Assembly: GCA_964436855.1 (NCBI GenBank)
Contig: CAYTED010000001.1
Coordinates: 64,129-128,128, forward strand
Source of the DNA: an uncultured Bdellovibrionales bacterium
Lineage (GTDB): Bacteria > Patescibacteriota > Minisyncoccia > Moranbacterales > UBA1568
DNA: 64,000 bases
Direction: 5' to 3'
The notes below the pieces were generated by a model. That model saw only the letters and a list, made by a program, of their open reading frames with translations. It made no database searches and was not told where the DNA came from. Shown here one piece after another: positions 1 through 10,494 of the stretch (positions are counted from its first letter, which is position 1; each line of letters begins with the position of its first letter). Both the position numbers and the translations under genes were made by a program.

Positions 1-1
1 G

Positions 2-1459
2 AAACCATTCAAATATTACCAGGACAAAAATGTCTTCATGTTTGCATCGGAACTCAAGGCAATCCTCACTCAGTCGGAATACGACCGAAAACCGGACTAT
101 ACCGCTATCCACCACTACCTGACCCTTCAATACGTTCCCGCGCCTCTCACGGGCTTCCAGGGCATCGAAAAATTGGAACCGGGTCATTATCTTCATATCA
201 ACCTGAAAACCCGGGAAATCACAAAAAAACAATATTGGAAGCTCGATTACTCAGACAAACTCGCTCTCTCCGAATCGGAATGGAAAACAAGGATCATCGA
301 TAAACTCGAGGAATCAACAAAGCTCCGCATGATTTCAGACGTACCACTTGGCGCCTTTCTCTCCGGCGGTATCGATTCAAGTGCTGTCGTTGCTATGATG
401 GCACGAAATTCCACAAAACCGATCAAAACTTTTTCTATCGGCTTCAAAGAGGAAAAATACAATGAACTCCCTTACGCAAAAATGATCGCCGATCGATTCC
501 GAACCGACCATACAGAATTCATCGTCGAACCACGTGCGATGGATATTCTTCCCATGCTGGTACGACAATACGAAGAGCCCTACGCAGATTCGAGCGCCCT
601 CCCAACCTACTACGTCTCCAAACTGACACGTGATCATGTTACCGTCGCCCTCAATGGTGATGGCGGAGACGAAAACTTCGGTGGCTATAGTCGATACAGC
701 GCCTTCCAATTTTCACTTCTCTGCGATCAACTGGGACCCCTTCATCGACACATCAGCACTCCACTTACAAAAATTACCGCTCAAATAGTAAAAAATACTC
801 TTTTCGATCGCATCTATCGCTTCAGCCGCTCACTCTCCGAAGATTATCGAAAACGATACATGGATTACACCTCTTATTTTACCAATCCCCAAAAAGCAGC
901 GCTCTACACCGATGAATTCAAACAAAAAGTCTGGCAGGATGATAGCTATGCCCTTATCGCAAATGCATTCAATGGATCAGGATCAGACAATCGAACTGAA
1001 CAAGCTGTTTCTGCAGATTTTAACACCTATCTTCCCGATGATCTTTTGGTCAAAGTAGACATCGCTAGTATGACAGTCGCACTCGAGGGGCGATCACCTT
1101 TTCTTGATCACGAGATGCTCGAACTTTCTGCACAAATTCCTTTTAATTTGAAAATAAAAGGTCTCAACAATAAGAAATACATTCTGAAAGAGGCGCTTCG
1201 TGGCATCATCCCCGATGAAGTGATGTTCCGTCCAAAAATGGGCTTCGGTGTCCCTATAGATCATTGGTTTCGTAACGAACTCAAGGACTACACAAGAGAA
1301 AAACTTCTCAATGGACGGCTCGTAAAAGATACTCTTTTCCGCAGGGAATATATTGAACACATCATCGATCAGCACTGCAATACTGGCATCAATTTCTCAC
1401 CGCATATCTGGGCGCTCCTCACCCTCGAACTCTGGTTTGAAGAGTTTTTTCCATCGTGA
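2..1459 (+). CDS. asnB: Asparagine synthetase (glutamine-hydrolysing)-like amidotransferase, C-terminal synthetase domain; 5' end truncated by the window
   Basis: SGGIDSS PP-loop motif and the Asn-synthetase C-domain pattern (GDGGDE...); the ORF is open to the window start; sits in a glycan locus like WbpS-type amidotransferases. Confidence 0.8.
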   Translation, partial: KPFKYYQDKNVFMFASELKAILTQSEYDRKPDYTAIHHYLTLQYVPAPLTGFQGIEKLEPGHYLHINLKTREITKKQYWKLDYSDKLALSESEWKTRIIDKLEESTKLRMISDVPLGAFLSGGIDSSAVVAMMARNSTKPIKTFSIGFKEEKYNELPYAKMIADRFRTDHTEFIVEPRAMDILPMLVRQYEEPYADSSALPTYYVSKLTRDHVTVALNGDGGDENFGGYSRYSAFQFSLLCDQLGPLHRHISTPLTKITAQIVKNTLFDRIYRFSRSLSEDYRKRYMDYTSYFTNPQKAALYTDEFKQKVWQDDSYALIANAFNGSGSDNRTEQAVSADFNTYLPDDLLVKVDIASMTVALEGRSPFLDHEMLELSAQIPFNLKIKGLNNKKYILKEALRGIIPDEVMFRPKMGFGVPIDHWFRNELKDYTREKLLNGRLVKDTLFRREYIEHIIDQHCNTGINFSPHIWALLTLELWFEEFFPS

Positions 1460-1494
1460 TAAAATGGCTAAGTTAAGCGAATAATTACGAACCG

Positions 1495-2583
1495 ATGCGA
1501 AAAGAACATCTCCGGTACCTCTCCGATCCGATTTCCAAAAAACCATTCACTCTCACTTCTTTTGAAGAAACAGGCGCTCATATCATTTCCGGTATCATCA
1601 CTGCCGAATATTCTTGGTATCCGGTTATAAACGGCATTCCACGCATCTTGACGGGCGAACTCAAAGAAAATCTCCTTCAAATTCATCAGGATTTTTTCAA
1701 ACAATGGAAAGAAAAACTTTCAAAAGAAATCCACGCCGAGTGGCAACAGGCGATCGGCGCCATTCCTGACCTCGACGCCTTTCTGAAACACCAAAAGAAA
1801 ACCGCCGAAAGTTTCGCGTATGAATGGAAATACATTTACAAGGAAAACGACTACGAAAAAAATAATTTTTTTCACTTTCTCTCGCCATTTCTCCAAGAGG
1901 AAAACTTGAAAGGAAAAAAAACACTCGATATCGGCTGCGGATCAGGACGATTTACCAAGTGGGCAGCGCTTTCGGGAACCGAAGTATCCTTTGGCTCTGA
2001 TCTCGGTGAAACCGTCGAAGTTGCCTACGAGATGACGAAAGATTTTCCGAATGTTTGTATCATCCAAGCCGACATTTATGCGATGCCATTTTTCGAAACC
2101 TTCGATATTGCCTACTCGATCGGCGTCCTTCACCATCTTCCACGACCGAAGCAAGGATTCTTGAAACTTCCGAAAGTCGTCAGAAAAGATGGGCAATTCC
2201 TCATCTGGGTCTATAATCGCCGTGGGAACGCCCGCGCCATTTACTTCTACGAGCCACTTCGCGATCTCTTGAAGAAACTCCCAAAACCACTCCTCTTCAA
2301 GCTCTGCTATATCCCTGGCTTCATTGTTCACTTAATCAACCTTTTCGGAAAATTTCTCGAAGCAATTGGTCTGAAAAAGCTCGCCAGCAAACTCCCCTTC
2401 GCTTACTACGCGCACTTCCCATTCAATATGAAACTGAACGATGCCTTTGATGTTCTCGCCACCCCGAAGAGTAACTACTATTACTACGAAGAAATCGAAA
2501 AATGGTTCGCAGACGGCGGCCTGAAAGATGTGAAATCCTTCGAACATCCCGAGGCGGGCATCACCTGTATTGGCACCCGATAA
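1495..2583 (+). CDS. Class I SAM-dependent methyltransferase with an N-terminal Trm112-like segment
   Basis: LDIGCGSGRFT motif I followed by the acidic motif II; N-terminal YPVINGIPRIL resembles the Trm112/DUF343 fold. Confidence 0.75.
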   Translation: MRKEHLRYLSDPISKKPFTLTSFEETGAHIISGIITAEYSWYPVINGIPRILTGELKENLLQIHQDFFKQWKEKLSKEIHAEWQQAIGAIPDLDAFLKHQKKTAESFAYEWKYIYKENDYEKNNFFHFLSPFLQEENLKGKKTLDIGCGSGRFTKWAALSGTEVSFGSDLGETVEVAYEMTKDFPNVCIIQADIYAMPFFETFDIAYSIGVLHHLPRPKQGFLKLPKVVRKDGQFLIWVYNRRGNARAIYFYEPLRDLLKKLPKPLLFKLCYIPGFIVHLINLFGKFLEAIGLKKLASKLPFAYYAHFPFNMKLNDAFDVLATPKSNYYYYEEIEKWFADGGLKDVKSFEHPEAGITCIGTR

Positions 2584-2642
2584 TTTTCCTTCTCCCTCCC
2601 TCTTCCAAAGAGAATAAAAGAAAAGGTTGTGATGAAAAGACT

Positions 2643-3758
2643 ATGAGTCAGAAGAAAAAAATTCTCCAACTCATTCGCACCCTCGAAATTGGTGGTTGCG
2701 AAGGTGCGCTGCTCCGTATGCTTCCTCTTATCAAAGATGATATCGAACATATCATCCTCACGCTCCAAAAAAAAGGTTCCCTCGCGCCTCTTTTTGAAAA
2801 AGAAGGAATCCGTATTATTGCCTTGGAACAGAAAAACCTCCTTGATATTCCTTCATATTTCCGGTTGAAAAAAATTCTCCAAGAAATCCAGCCACATCTC
2901 ATCGTTACCAACCTTCTCCATTCCGATATTGTCGGAAGACTTTTTATTCAATTTATTGTGCCGTGTCGTGTTGTATCCTCACTCGTCACAACCTATAACT
3001 TCGGCCCATACTGGCCAGCACGCCTCTTCGAGCGATCGACAAAATATTTAGCCAATAGATATATGGCCAATGCTGAATCGGTCAAATATGTCTATGTCAA
3101 AAAATTCGGCGTGAATCCTCAAAAAATATCTGTTTTACCAAGAGGTATAGATACGGATTTTTTTTCAAACATTATGCCCGATCCGGAATTGCAAATGAAA
3201 CTTGGAATAACTGAAACGGATCATGTCGCTATCTGCGTCGCTAATCTTCATCCCAATAAAGGTCACAGGTTTCTTTTGGAGGCCTTCGAAAAACTCTATA
3301 AGACAAAAAAAAACATCAAACTCCTTCTTGTCGGAGAAGGGCAGGAGAAAGAGAATCTCCTGCGCCAAGTAGAGGCTTACCAATCGAAAAACAATATCCT
3401 CTTCCTTGGAAAACGAGATGACGTTCCAAAGCTTCTCCAACTTTCACATGTCTTTGTTCTTCCAACATTTTTTGAGGGTATGAGCAACGCCATTATGGAG
3501 GCAATGGCAAGCGGCCTTCCTACTATCACAACTGATATTCCTGAAAATCAAGAACTTATCACACACAATGAACATGGACTTCTCTGCCCCATCGGAGAAT
3601 CCAAGTGTCTCGAAAAATCCCTTGAGCTCCTCTTTGTTGATACGGAACTTGCCAATTCCCTTGGAAAGAATGCACAGAAAAAAATGCAAGAAAAGTATAA
3701 CTTTCCAAAAACAACAAGCGACTGGAAAAACTTTTTTCTTCAAATGGCCAAACCCTGA
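2643..3758 (+). CDS. Glycosyltransferase family 4 (GT-B, group 1)
   Basis: C-terminal EGMSNAIMEAMASGLPTITTD, the classic GT4 E-X7-E region; start chosen at MSQKKK (ATG 2643) just after the upstream stop. Confidence 0.8.
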   Translation: MSQKKKILQLIRTLEIGGCEGALLRMLPLIKDDIEHIILTLQKKGSLAPLFEKEGIRIIALEQKNLLDIPSYFRLKKILQEIQPHLIVTNLLHSDIVGRLFIQFIVPCRVVSSLVTTYNFGPYWPARLFERSTKYLANRYMANAESVKYVYVKKFGVNPQKISVLPRGIDTDFFSNIMPDPELQMKLGITETDHVAICVANLHPNKGHRFLLEAFEKLYKTKKNIKLLLVGEGQEKENLLRQVEAYQSKNNILFLGKRDDVPKLLQLSHVFVLPTFFEGMSNAIMEAMASGLPTITTDIPENQELITHNEHGLLCPIGESKCLEKSLELLFVDTELANSLGKNAQKKMQEKYNFPKTTSDWKNFFLQMAKP

Positions 3759-3778
3759 AAACAATAGAAATACTCTCT

Positions 3779-4615
3779 ATGGAAAGTGAACTCTACGAAC
3801 ACAGCTACCAAGATCCACGACACTTTAGTTTTGGAAAAAACTGGAAAGATTTTCTTCATACACTCAATCAAAAGAGAATAGAAAAAGCCGAGCAGTCCCT
3901 AACCGATTTCCTTGGTGGAAAAGAAAGTGTTTCCGGAAAAACTTTTATCGATATTGGCTGCGGCAGCGGGCTTTTTTCCTTGGCTGCTCACCGACTTGGG
4001 GCAAAGAAAGTGGTAAGTGTGGATATCGACCGCTTTTCTTTGGAATGCGCCTCATTCCTGAAGAAAGAAGCTGGTAACCCTCCACACTGGGATATTATTT
4101 CCGGTTCAGCTCTCGATACAAATTTTCTCCACTCCCTTGGTACTTTTGACATTGTATACTCATGGGGAGTCCTCCATCATACCGGTAATATGTACCACGC
4201 CCTTACAAACATTTTCCCCATCGTCAAAGAAACCGGAAAAATTTATGTTGCGCTCTACAATGACAATCAGAGATTTTTCGAAGGAACTTCTTCTTTTTGG
4301 GTACAAGCCAAAAGAATCTACAATCGAAGCCCATGGGTCTTGAAAAAATTTTTTGAAATCCTGTATACCTTCTACTATATTTTCGGACTCATCATAAACG
4401 GTAAAAATCCTGTTTCTTATATTCGAAATTACACCTCACTTCGAGGTATGAATTTTTGTACCGATATTAAAGATTGGCTCGGCGGATACCCGTATGAATA
4501 TGCCTCTACAGAAAAGATTATCGCTTTCTTTAATAAGTATGGCTTTCAGTGCATCAAAACGGTTCCGGCACGTAGCATCGGTTGCAATGAATTCCTCTTT
4601 ATACAAAAAATATGA
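3779..4615 (+). CDS. Class I SAM-dependent methyltransferase
   Basis: FIDIGCGSGLFSLAA motif I and VVSVDID motif II. Confidence 0.75.
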   Translation: MESELYEHSYQDPRHFSFGKNWKDFLHTLNQKRIEKAEQSLTDFLGGKESVSGKTFIDIGCGSGLFSLAAHRLGAKKVVSVDIDRFSLECASFLKKEAGNPPHWDIISGSALDTNFLHSLGTFDIVYSWGVLHHTGNMYHALTNIFPIVKETGKIYVALYNDNQRFFEGTSSFWVQAKRIYNRSPWVLKKFFEILYTFYYIFGLIINGKNPVSYIRNYTSLRGMNFCTDIKDWLGGYPYEYASTEKIIAFFNKYGFQCIKTVPARSIGCNEFLFIQKI

Positions 4616-5421
4616 ACACCCTCTCAAACTCCTCGCCAGTCACTGTTCTTCTCTCTGTATATAACGGGGAAAAAACACTTGAAAGATGCATCCGAAGTAT
4701 CTGCGCGCAAACGTATCAAAACCTTTCTCTTGTATGTATCGATGACTGCTCTACGGACCATACCCAAGAAATATTAAAAAAAATACAGGAACAGTTTCCA
4801 AACATTCCATTTACTCTAATCAGAAATGAAAAAAATGTCGGTCTGACCCACTCACTCAACCGTGGACTCGAAACAATTGACAGTTTCTATACTGCCCGCA
4901 TCGATGCCGATGACTGGTGGGAACCAACAAAAATTGAAAAACAGATGGCGTTTCTCGAGAGTCATCCTGATTACGGAGTTATCGGAACCAACTACATCAA
5001 TCACTCTGCCGAAACTTCAAGAAGCGTTGTTTTACCAAAAACAGATGCGGAAATTCATGCGACAATTTTTTGGCGAAATCCGTTCGCTCATAGTGCGGTA
5101 ATGTATCGCACCGATTTCATACGTTCGCTTGGCGGTTATAATCCGAATGTCCCATACGCCCAGGATTACGAGCTTTGGGTACGTTGTTTCCCTCATACAA
5201 AGTTTTATAATATTCAGGAATTTCTTTGTCACCGAACACTCGGAACGAGTATTTCTGTCAAGCGACAAAACGAACAAATGCGTCTTTATCTCCGTGTACT
5301 TCTTACTTACTTACCAAAGTACCGTCGACCATTAACCGAATATGGGGCTCTCATAGAACCAACCCTCGTACTTTTAACCCCAAACTGGATAAAGAATCTT
5401 AAACGAAAATATTTCCCATAA
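4612..5421 (+). CDS. Glycosyltransferase family 2 (GT-A)
   Basis: N-terminal VLLSVYNGEKTLERCIRSI...DDCSTDHT, typical GT2 with a DXD-type motif; 4-nt ATGA overlap with the upstream gene. Confidence 0.8.
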   Translation: MNTLSNSSPVTVLLSVYNGEKTLERCIRSICAQTYQNLSLVCIDDCSTDHTQEILKKIQEQFPNIPFTLIRNEKNVGLTHSLNRGLETIDSFYTARIDADDWWEPTKIEKQMAFLESHPDYGVIGTNYINHSAETSRSVVLPKTDAEIHATIFWRNPFAHSAVMYRTDFIRSLGGYNPNVPYAQDYELWVRCFPHTKFYNIQEFLCHRTLGTSISVKRQNEQMRLYLRVLLTYLPKYRRPLTEYGALIEPTLVLLTPNWIKNLKRKYFP

Positions 5422-5427
5422 TCATAT

Positions 5428-6432
5428 ATGAAAATCTTCTTGCCTTTTGAAATACGAGGAATCGGGGGAACATCTACTTTTGCAAAAAAATTTCAAGAAG
5501 GAATGCAAAAGCATGGTCACGAGGTCTTTTTTCGATACCAAAAAAATTATGACGTTCTCTTCCTTGTTGTGCAGGCGCCTTTCAAATACCTGATCGAGGC
5601 AAAACGAAGAAACATCCCCATCATTCAACGTCTGGATGGGACATATTACTGGTCGGTCAGCGGATGGAAATTTCCTCTTTACAACCTCAAAGCCGCAATC
5701 ATTCGCCATTCCTTCGCTGATTTCACACTTTATCAAAGTGAATACAGCAAATATTGCGCGAAAAAATTCCTCGGAAAAAAACATTTGGATCCTTCGGTAA
5801 TCATTTACAATGGAACTGATCTCGATCTTTTTTCACCAAAAGGAGAGACGATCAATCTCCGAGACACTCCTGATCAAAAAATATTTTTTACCGCCTCCGC
5901 CTTTCGAAGAGAGGATCAAATCATCCCCTTATTTCATGCACTCAAAGCATACCGGGAAAAATACGGATCAAACTTCAAATTTCTCATTGCTGGAACCTTT
6001 TCCGGAAAAGTGTCCGATATACCAAAGCGATACCAAGACTTCAGAGAAGCTATTTTTCTTGGTAAAATAGAAAATGCCGATTTACCGAAATACGAACGGT
6101 CGGCTGATGTGTTTCTCTTCACTCATCTCAATCCGCCATGCCCGAATAATGTAATCGAGGCACTTGCCTGCGGTCTTCCGATATGCGGTGTCGCCGACGG
6201 ATCTATGTCCGAGCTTATAACTCCGGGTAAAAACGGAGAGTTGGCCTCGGCGAAAGGAAGTGCTTTTTGGAAAGAAAGAATATACGACCCAGTTGCATTT
6301 GCCGATAATATCCAAAAAATACTCGATCACCGAGAAGTATATTCCGAGAACGCACGATTGAGCGCCGAAAAAAATTTTTCCCTGAACGCTATGATTGCCG
6401 ACTACGAAAAAGCCTTGAGCTGTATTCCTTGA
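5428..6432 (+). CDS. Glycosyltransferase family 4
   Basis: C-terminal NNVIEALACGLPICGVADGSMSELI, the GT4 nucleotide-sugar binding region. Confidence 0.8.
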   Translation: MKIFLPFEIRGIGGTSTFAKKFQEGMQKHGHEVFFRYQKNYDVLFLVVQAPFKYLIEAKRRNIPIIQRLDGTYYWSVSGWKFPLYNLKAAIIRHSFADFTLYQSEYSKYCAKKFLGKKHLDPSVIIYNGTDLDLFSPKGETINLRDTPDQKIFFTASAFRREDQIIPLFHALKAYREKYGSNFKFLIAGTFSGKVSDIPKRYQDFREAIFLGKIENADLPKYERSADVFLFTHLNPPCPNNVIEALACGLPICGVADGSMSELITPGKNGELASAKGSAFWKERIYDPVAFADNIQKILDHREVYSENARLSAEKNFSLNAMIADYEKALSCIP

Positions 6433-6482
6433 ATTGTATACATTATCCGCACATACTTAAATGCTTCCTTTTTAAAAATATC

Positions 6483-7682
6483 ATGAAAGATGTCATCCTT
6501 TTCCAGCCATATCTGCGAGTACACATACTCAATTTTGGGAAAGCCGTACAAAATTTCCGATTCGTCGTCGAATCGGACCGGTTCGCTTCCACCAAAAATT
6601 TCTATAAGAAGAGTATGTCTTCTCCGGAAAAAGAATTTTCTCGGTCAAAAGTAGGTTGGAAAAATAAAATACGGAGATTGTTCGGCATTCTCAATGTCAG
6701 GCCGAAATGTATGAAAAAAGGAGATGTTCTTTTTACCTACGGATGCCTCCTACTTACCAATAAACCCTATTGCACCTATATCGAAAACGGTGCCGCACTT
6801 TTCAATTATGATCCATTTATTTTGAAAAATCCGCTCGCTCAACTCTGGTTCTCCTTTCTTATCCGCCTCCCTCAATGCAAAAAGCTTATTTTTATGAGCG
6901 AAACGGCGAAAAAAAGCTTGATTGCTACGGCACATTTTTCAAAATCCACCCGTCGAATCATCGAAAAAAAATCCGTTCAGATTTATCCTTTCGTAAAAGC
7001 ACCGGTAAACATTATACCAAAACAATACAACGGATCCGTCAAGCTTCTTTTCACGGGCATTTATTATATGAAAGGAGGGCGCGAACTCCTGAATGCTTTT
7101 GAAAAAATACGCGAGCGATACGATAACATCACACTGACTATCGTCACTCCCCTCCATATGCTCCTTCCCGAGGATCGAAATCGTATCGAATCAGTCTCCG
7201 GAACCACACTTCTTGATGCCTCTTTCAGTCCGGAAGAAATGGAAAACTTGTACCGAACGCACGATATCTTTATGTTCCCCACATTCCGGGATACGTTTGG
7301 ACTTGTGCTTATCGAGGCAATTTCCTTTGGTATGCCAATCATCGCAACCGATCAATATGCGATTACCGAAATGGCAATTCCGAACCACAATGCCCTGATA
7401 TTCCCCAACCATCCCCTTCTCGATCACAACCCCGAAACAAAAGAAATGCACGGGAAACTCTATGATGCCAAAACCTTTTATAACGTGCTTTTCGCCGCAG
7501 AACGAGAAGGAAAAATGAAACCATTGGAAAATTTTCTTTTTGAGTCCATCTCTTGTTTTGTGGAAAAACCAGAACTCCTCAAGCAGTACTCAAAAAATTC
7601 ACTTGAACTCTACCAAAAAAAATTCCACGAAAACCTTATCTCGGAGAAAATTGAACGAGTATTTTCAGAAGCGGCAAAGTGA
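6483..7682 (+). CDS. Glycosyltransferase family 4
   Basis: TFGLVLIEAISFGMPIIATDQ GT4 motif; start set at MKDVILF (ATG 6483) after the upstream stop at 6430-6432. Confidence 0.75.
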   Translation: MKDVILFQPYLRVHILNFGKAVQNFRFVVESDRFASTKNFYKKSMSSPEKEFSRSKVGWKNKIRRLFGILNVRPKCMKKGDVLFTYGCLLLTNKPYCTYIENGAALFNYDPFILKNPLAQLWFSFLIRLPQCKKLIFMSETAKKSLIATAHFSKSTRRIIEKKSVQIYPFVKAPVNIIPKQYNGSVKLLFTGIYYMKGGRELLNAFEKIRERYDNITLTIVTPLHMLLPEDRNRIESVSGTTLLDASFSPEEMENLYRTHDIFMFPTFRDTFGLVLIEAISFGMPIIATDQYAITEMAIPNHNALIFPNHPLLDHNPETKEMHGKLYDAKTFYNVLFAAEREGKMKPLENFLFESISCFVEKPELLKQYSKNSLELYQKKFHENLISEKIERVFSEAAK

Positions 7683-7690
7683 AAAGCTTT

Positions 7691-9355
7691 CTACTTGGAA
7701 AGCCGATACAGCCGATAATCAACATCTTCCGATATCACCTCAAATGGGTACGATATATTTGAATATGTCAGTACCAAATTCACCCCGTATTTTCGAGCAA
7801 GCGAAGTGATCTCTTCCTCCGAAAAACTTGAGTATGTTTTCTTCCAATCAATGAAAACTGCTTTAAAGGTTCCGGATATTTTTTGTTTCTCGTAGTTTTG
7901 CTCGAGTTCGCCACGACTCATATCATTCATCCGCTCATACCACTCCTCCAAACCTTGAGGAGTAAAGCCGAAGGTTTTAAAGCTCACGGCATGCGGTACA
8001 TAGAAAGGTGGTCCGAACCAATTCGGTGGAGCAAGAAATGGTTCCGGATTGACGGCAAGATAACGCATAACTCCAGATTCGGGAAGTTTTTCGTTCCTTG
8101 CCTCGGAATGAGTCGCATATTCCCATGATCTTGAAATATTCTGCATCATCCGATCCGCAAAAACTTTTCCAGAAGTTGAGAGGCAGAATAATATCGAAGC
8201 GGCAAGCAGAACACCAAGAAAAATTTTTTGATACGTTCTTTTTTGGAGCCAAGAAACAAGGAGAGATACGGCCAAGAGAGCGGAAAACAAATAGCTCACG
8301 AAGTGAGTGAGGTAAATAACACGGAGTGAGTAAAATTGAAAGCCGGGAAGCCAAGGCCACACGAAAGCAAAAAAGTAAAAGAGAAAAAAGTACCCTACCG
8401 CCCCTACCCCAATCAACCCAAGAAAATCCAATTGATTCTTCGCTGAAGTTTCCATTTTTTTTCGAAGGATATACCAGCTCACACCAAGAGCGAGGATGTG
8501 TACAAAGAAAAGAAACCACGCCTTCCAGGTAATAATCGGCAATGCCATATACGGAGCACGGAAATAAATCCATGTCCAGATGAATTTCGCATCAGAAAAG
8601 TCGGCCCCGCCATTGCCGAGACGAGCGATAGAGAAAGCAAACCACCCTCCCGCAAGAAGATATACACTTCCAGCAACCAAAGCTTTACGAAAAAGTCTAT
8701 GCCAATATTGTGGACTGAAATCATTTCTTGCCCACCAATCAAAGATAATCCACGTGCCGAAAAAAAGCGTGAAGACAATCAGTGAATTGGAAACATGGAC
8801 AAGCGTAGCAAGTCCAAGAAGTACCCATGGAAGGAAGCGGGAATTGTTTAAAAGAAAATAGAGCGCAAGGAAAGAAAGCGTCATTCCAATGGATCGAGGA
8901 GCGAGTCCACCATCTACCTGTATGAAAGGTCCGTAGAGCCAAATCGGCGGCGCGATAACAATCACAAGAGCATGAAAGAATGCAACAACAGGAATGATCC
9001 AGGCACTCTCTGAAAAAAACCGCCCGATCCGCAACAATGCCCAGTACAAAACAATGAGACATCCGAGATAGAGAAGCATCCTCCACGTTTCTTCGCTCAC
9101 TGGAAGGAAATGCCAAAAATTCACCATCTTGGCATAAAAAGTATATACACCACTCTCTGTCGCCATCTCCGTATACCAATCCCCCGGCAAATAATTTACA
9201 TCCCAGAGCCGATAAACAGCCGGATCATGAATTCGTCGATCCGGACCAATCCCGAGCGAATGGATACTGAATTCAAAAAATAACAAAGAAAAGAGCAGTA
9301 TTGCCTCTAATAACCCTCTCCTTTTTTCAGTAAAGCTACTCTTTAGATGAAGCAT
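7691..9355 (-). CDS. Polytopic membrane protein, GT-C-fold-like glycosyltransferase (ArnT/PMT_2-like) with a C-terminal soluble domain
   Basis: About 12 predicted hydrophobic helices followed by a ~150-aa hydrophilic C-terminus; last gene after a GtrB-like and a GtrA-like gene; 20-nt overlap with the upstream gene. Confidence 0.6.
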   Translation of the reverse strand: MLHLKSSFTEKRRGLLEAILLFSLLFFEFSIHSLGIGPDRRIHDPAVYRLWDVNYLPGDWYTEMATESGVYTFYAKMVNFWHFLPVSEETWRMLLYLGCLIVLYWALLRIGRFFSESAWIIPVVAFFHALVIVIAPPIWLYGPFIQVDGGLAPRSIGMTLSFLALYFLLNNSRFLPWVLLGLATLVHVSNSLIVFTLFFGTWIIFDWWARNDFSPQYWHRLFRKALVAGSVYLLAGGWFAFSIARLGNGGADFSDAKFIWTWIYFRAPYMALPIITWKAWFLFFVHILALGVSWYILRKKMETSAKNQLDFLGLIGVGAVGYFFLFYFFAFVWPWLPGFQFYSLRVIYLTHFVSYLFSALLAVSLLVSWLQKRTYQKIFLGVLLAASILFCLSTSGKVFADRMMQNISRSWEYATHSEARNEKLPESGVMRYLAVNPEPFLAPPNWFGPPFYVPHAVSFKTFGFTPQGLEEWYERMNDMSRGELEQNYEKQKISGTFKAVFIDWKKTYSSFSEEEITSLARKYGVNLVLTYSNISYPFEVISEDVDYRLYRLSK

Positions 9356-9746
9356 AGCTCCAGAAGGAATGAGCGGAGAAGTTAATAACCGTAGTAATGA
9401 TTGCTACAATGATAATAACAAAAAGATCGTTAAGGTGAAGATACGATACTCCAAGATGCATAAGAAACAAACTGAGTATAGATGTCGAAAAAATCACCAC
9501 AAGAAAACGCGGAACTTGTGTGGTCACTTTTCCTGATGTCGCCTGAAAGGTCCAAATACGATTGATGCTAAAATTCCACACAATTGCCACACTCAATGAA
9601 ATTGTCCGACTCAAAAGGTAATATATATCACCATAACGAGTGAGCATGAAATAGATGGCTACATCGATAAGCAAAGCAATTCCGCCAGTGACGATAAACT
9701 TCACGAGACGTTGAAATGGAAATTTTTCAATAAGAGACCAGAGCAT
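9336..9746 (-). CDS. gtrA: GtrA-family small membrane protein (lipid-linked sugar translocation accessory)
   Basis: FIVTGGIALLIDVAIYFMLT and four short TM segments typical of GtrA-like proteins; start chosen at MLWSLIEKF; the track ORF extends to 9815. Confidence 0.65.
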   Translation of the reverse strand: MLWSLIEKFPFQRLVKFIVTGGIALLIDVAIYFMLTRYGDIYYLLSRTISLSVAIVWNFSINRIWTFQATSGKVTTQVPRFLVVIFSTSILSLFLMHLGVSYLHLNDLFVIIIVAIITTVINFSAHSFWSYASSKE

Positions 9747-9750
9747 TTTT

Positions 9751-10494
9751 TTAAAAAGCTTTTTTAGAAACAAAGCGGAATTTGAGGAATGTCCAGAGAG
9801 CAACAAAAAAATCACTGGCTCTTATTTTTTTTCCCTCCTTCACGGTTCGTGGATGATAAGAAATTGGAACCTCCATTATTCGTATGCCACTTCGAAGTAA
9901 TTTAGCAGTCAATTCATGATCTGTCTCAAATCCGAAAGTACGAATAGAAAAACTTTTTAAAATATGAGCCGGATATACTTTGTATCCTGTTAATGTATCT
10001 GTCATATATCGCCCATACAGAAAAAATACCCACAACGAAAGAAGGGCATTGGCAATATACGTAGCTATCGATTTATCCCTATGTTTTCCTAGAAGAAAAC
10101 CCCCCTCTTTTTCTTTTAATTCTCCAAGAATACGACTCCCATATATCGACAAAGATTGTGTATCACCTAAAAGCGGCTTTAAAAGAGGAATATAGTCATT
10201 CGGATCATACTCCAAATCCGCATCCTGAATAAGAATGTAGTCCCCTGTCGCTTTGGCCATCCCATATTTCGTGGCGGATCCTTTTCCACCATTTTCCTTA
10301 CGATAACACTGCACCTCTGGAAAACGCGAAGCGATTTCTGAAGTTCGGTCTTTTGAGCCATCATCTACCACGATAATTTCTCGCTCAAAACCGATTGATC
10401 GCAAATCGACTTTAAGAATAGTTTCGAGAAGCGTCCCGATAAACGCCTCTTCATTATACGCTGGAATAACGATTGATACTTTTGGCATACTCAA
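9751..10494 (-). CDS. GT2 polyprenyl-phosphate sugar synthase (dolichol-P-mannose synthase / GtrB-like)
   Basis: [11 protein letters not shown]...[12 protein letters not shown]...[10 protein letters not shown] pattern of DPM1/GtrB-like GT2 enzymes. Confidence 0.8.
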   Translation of the reverse strand: MSMPKVSIVIPAYNEEAFIGTLLETILKVDLRSIGFEREIIVVDDGSKDRTSEIASRFPEVQCYRKENGGKGSATKYGMAKATGDYILIQDADLEYDPNDYIPLLKPLLGDTQSLSIYGSRILGELKEKEGGFLLGKHRDKSIATYIANALLSLWVFFLYGRYMTDTLTGYKVYPAHILKSFSIRTFGFETDHELTAKLLRSGIRIMEVPISYHPRTVKEGKKIRASDFFVALWTFLKFRFVSKKAF

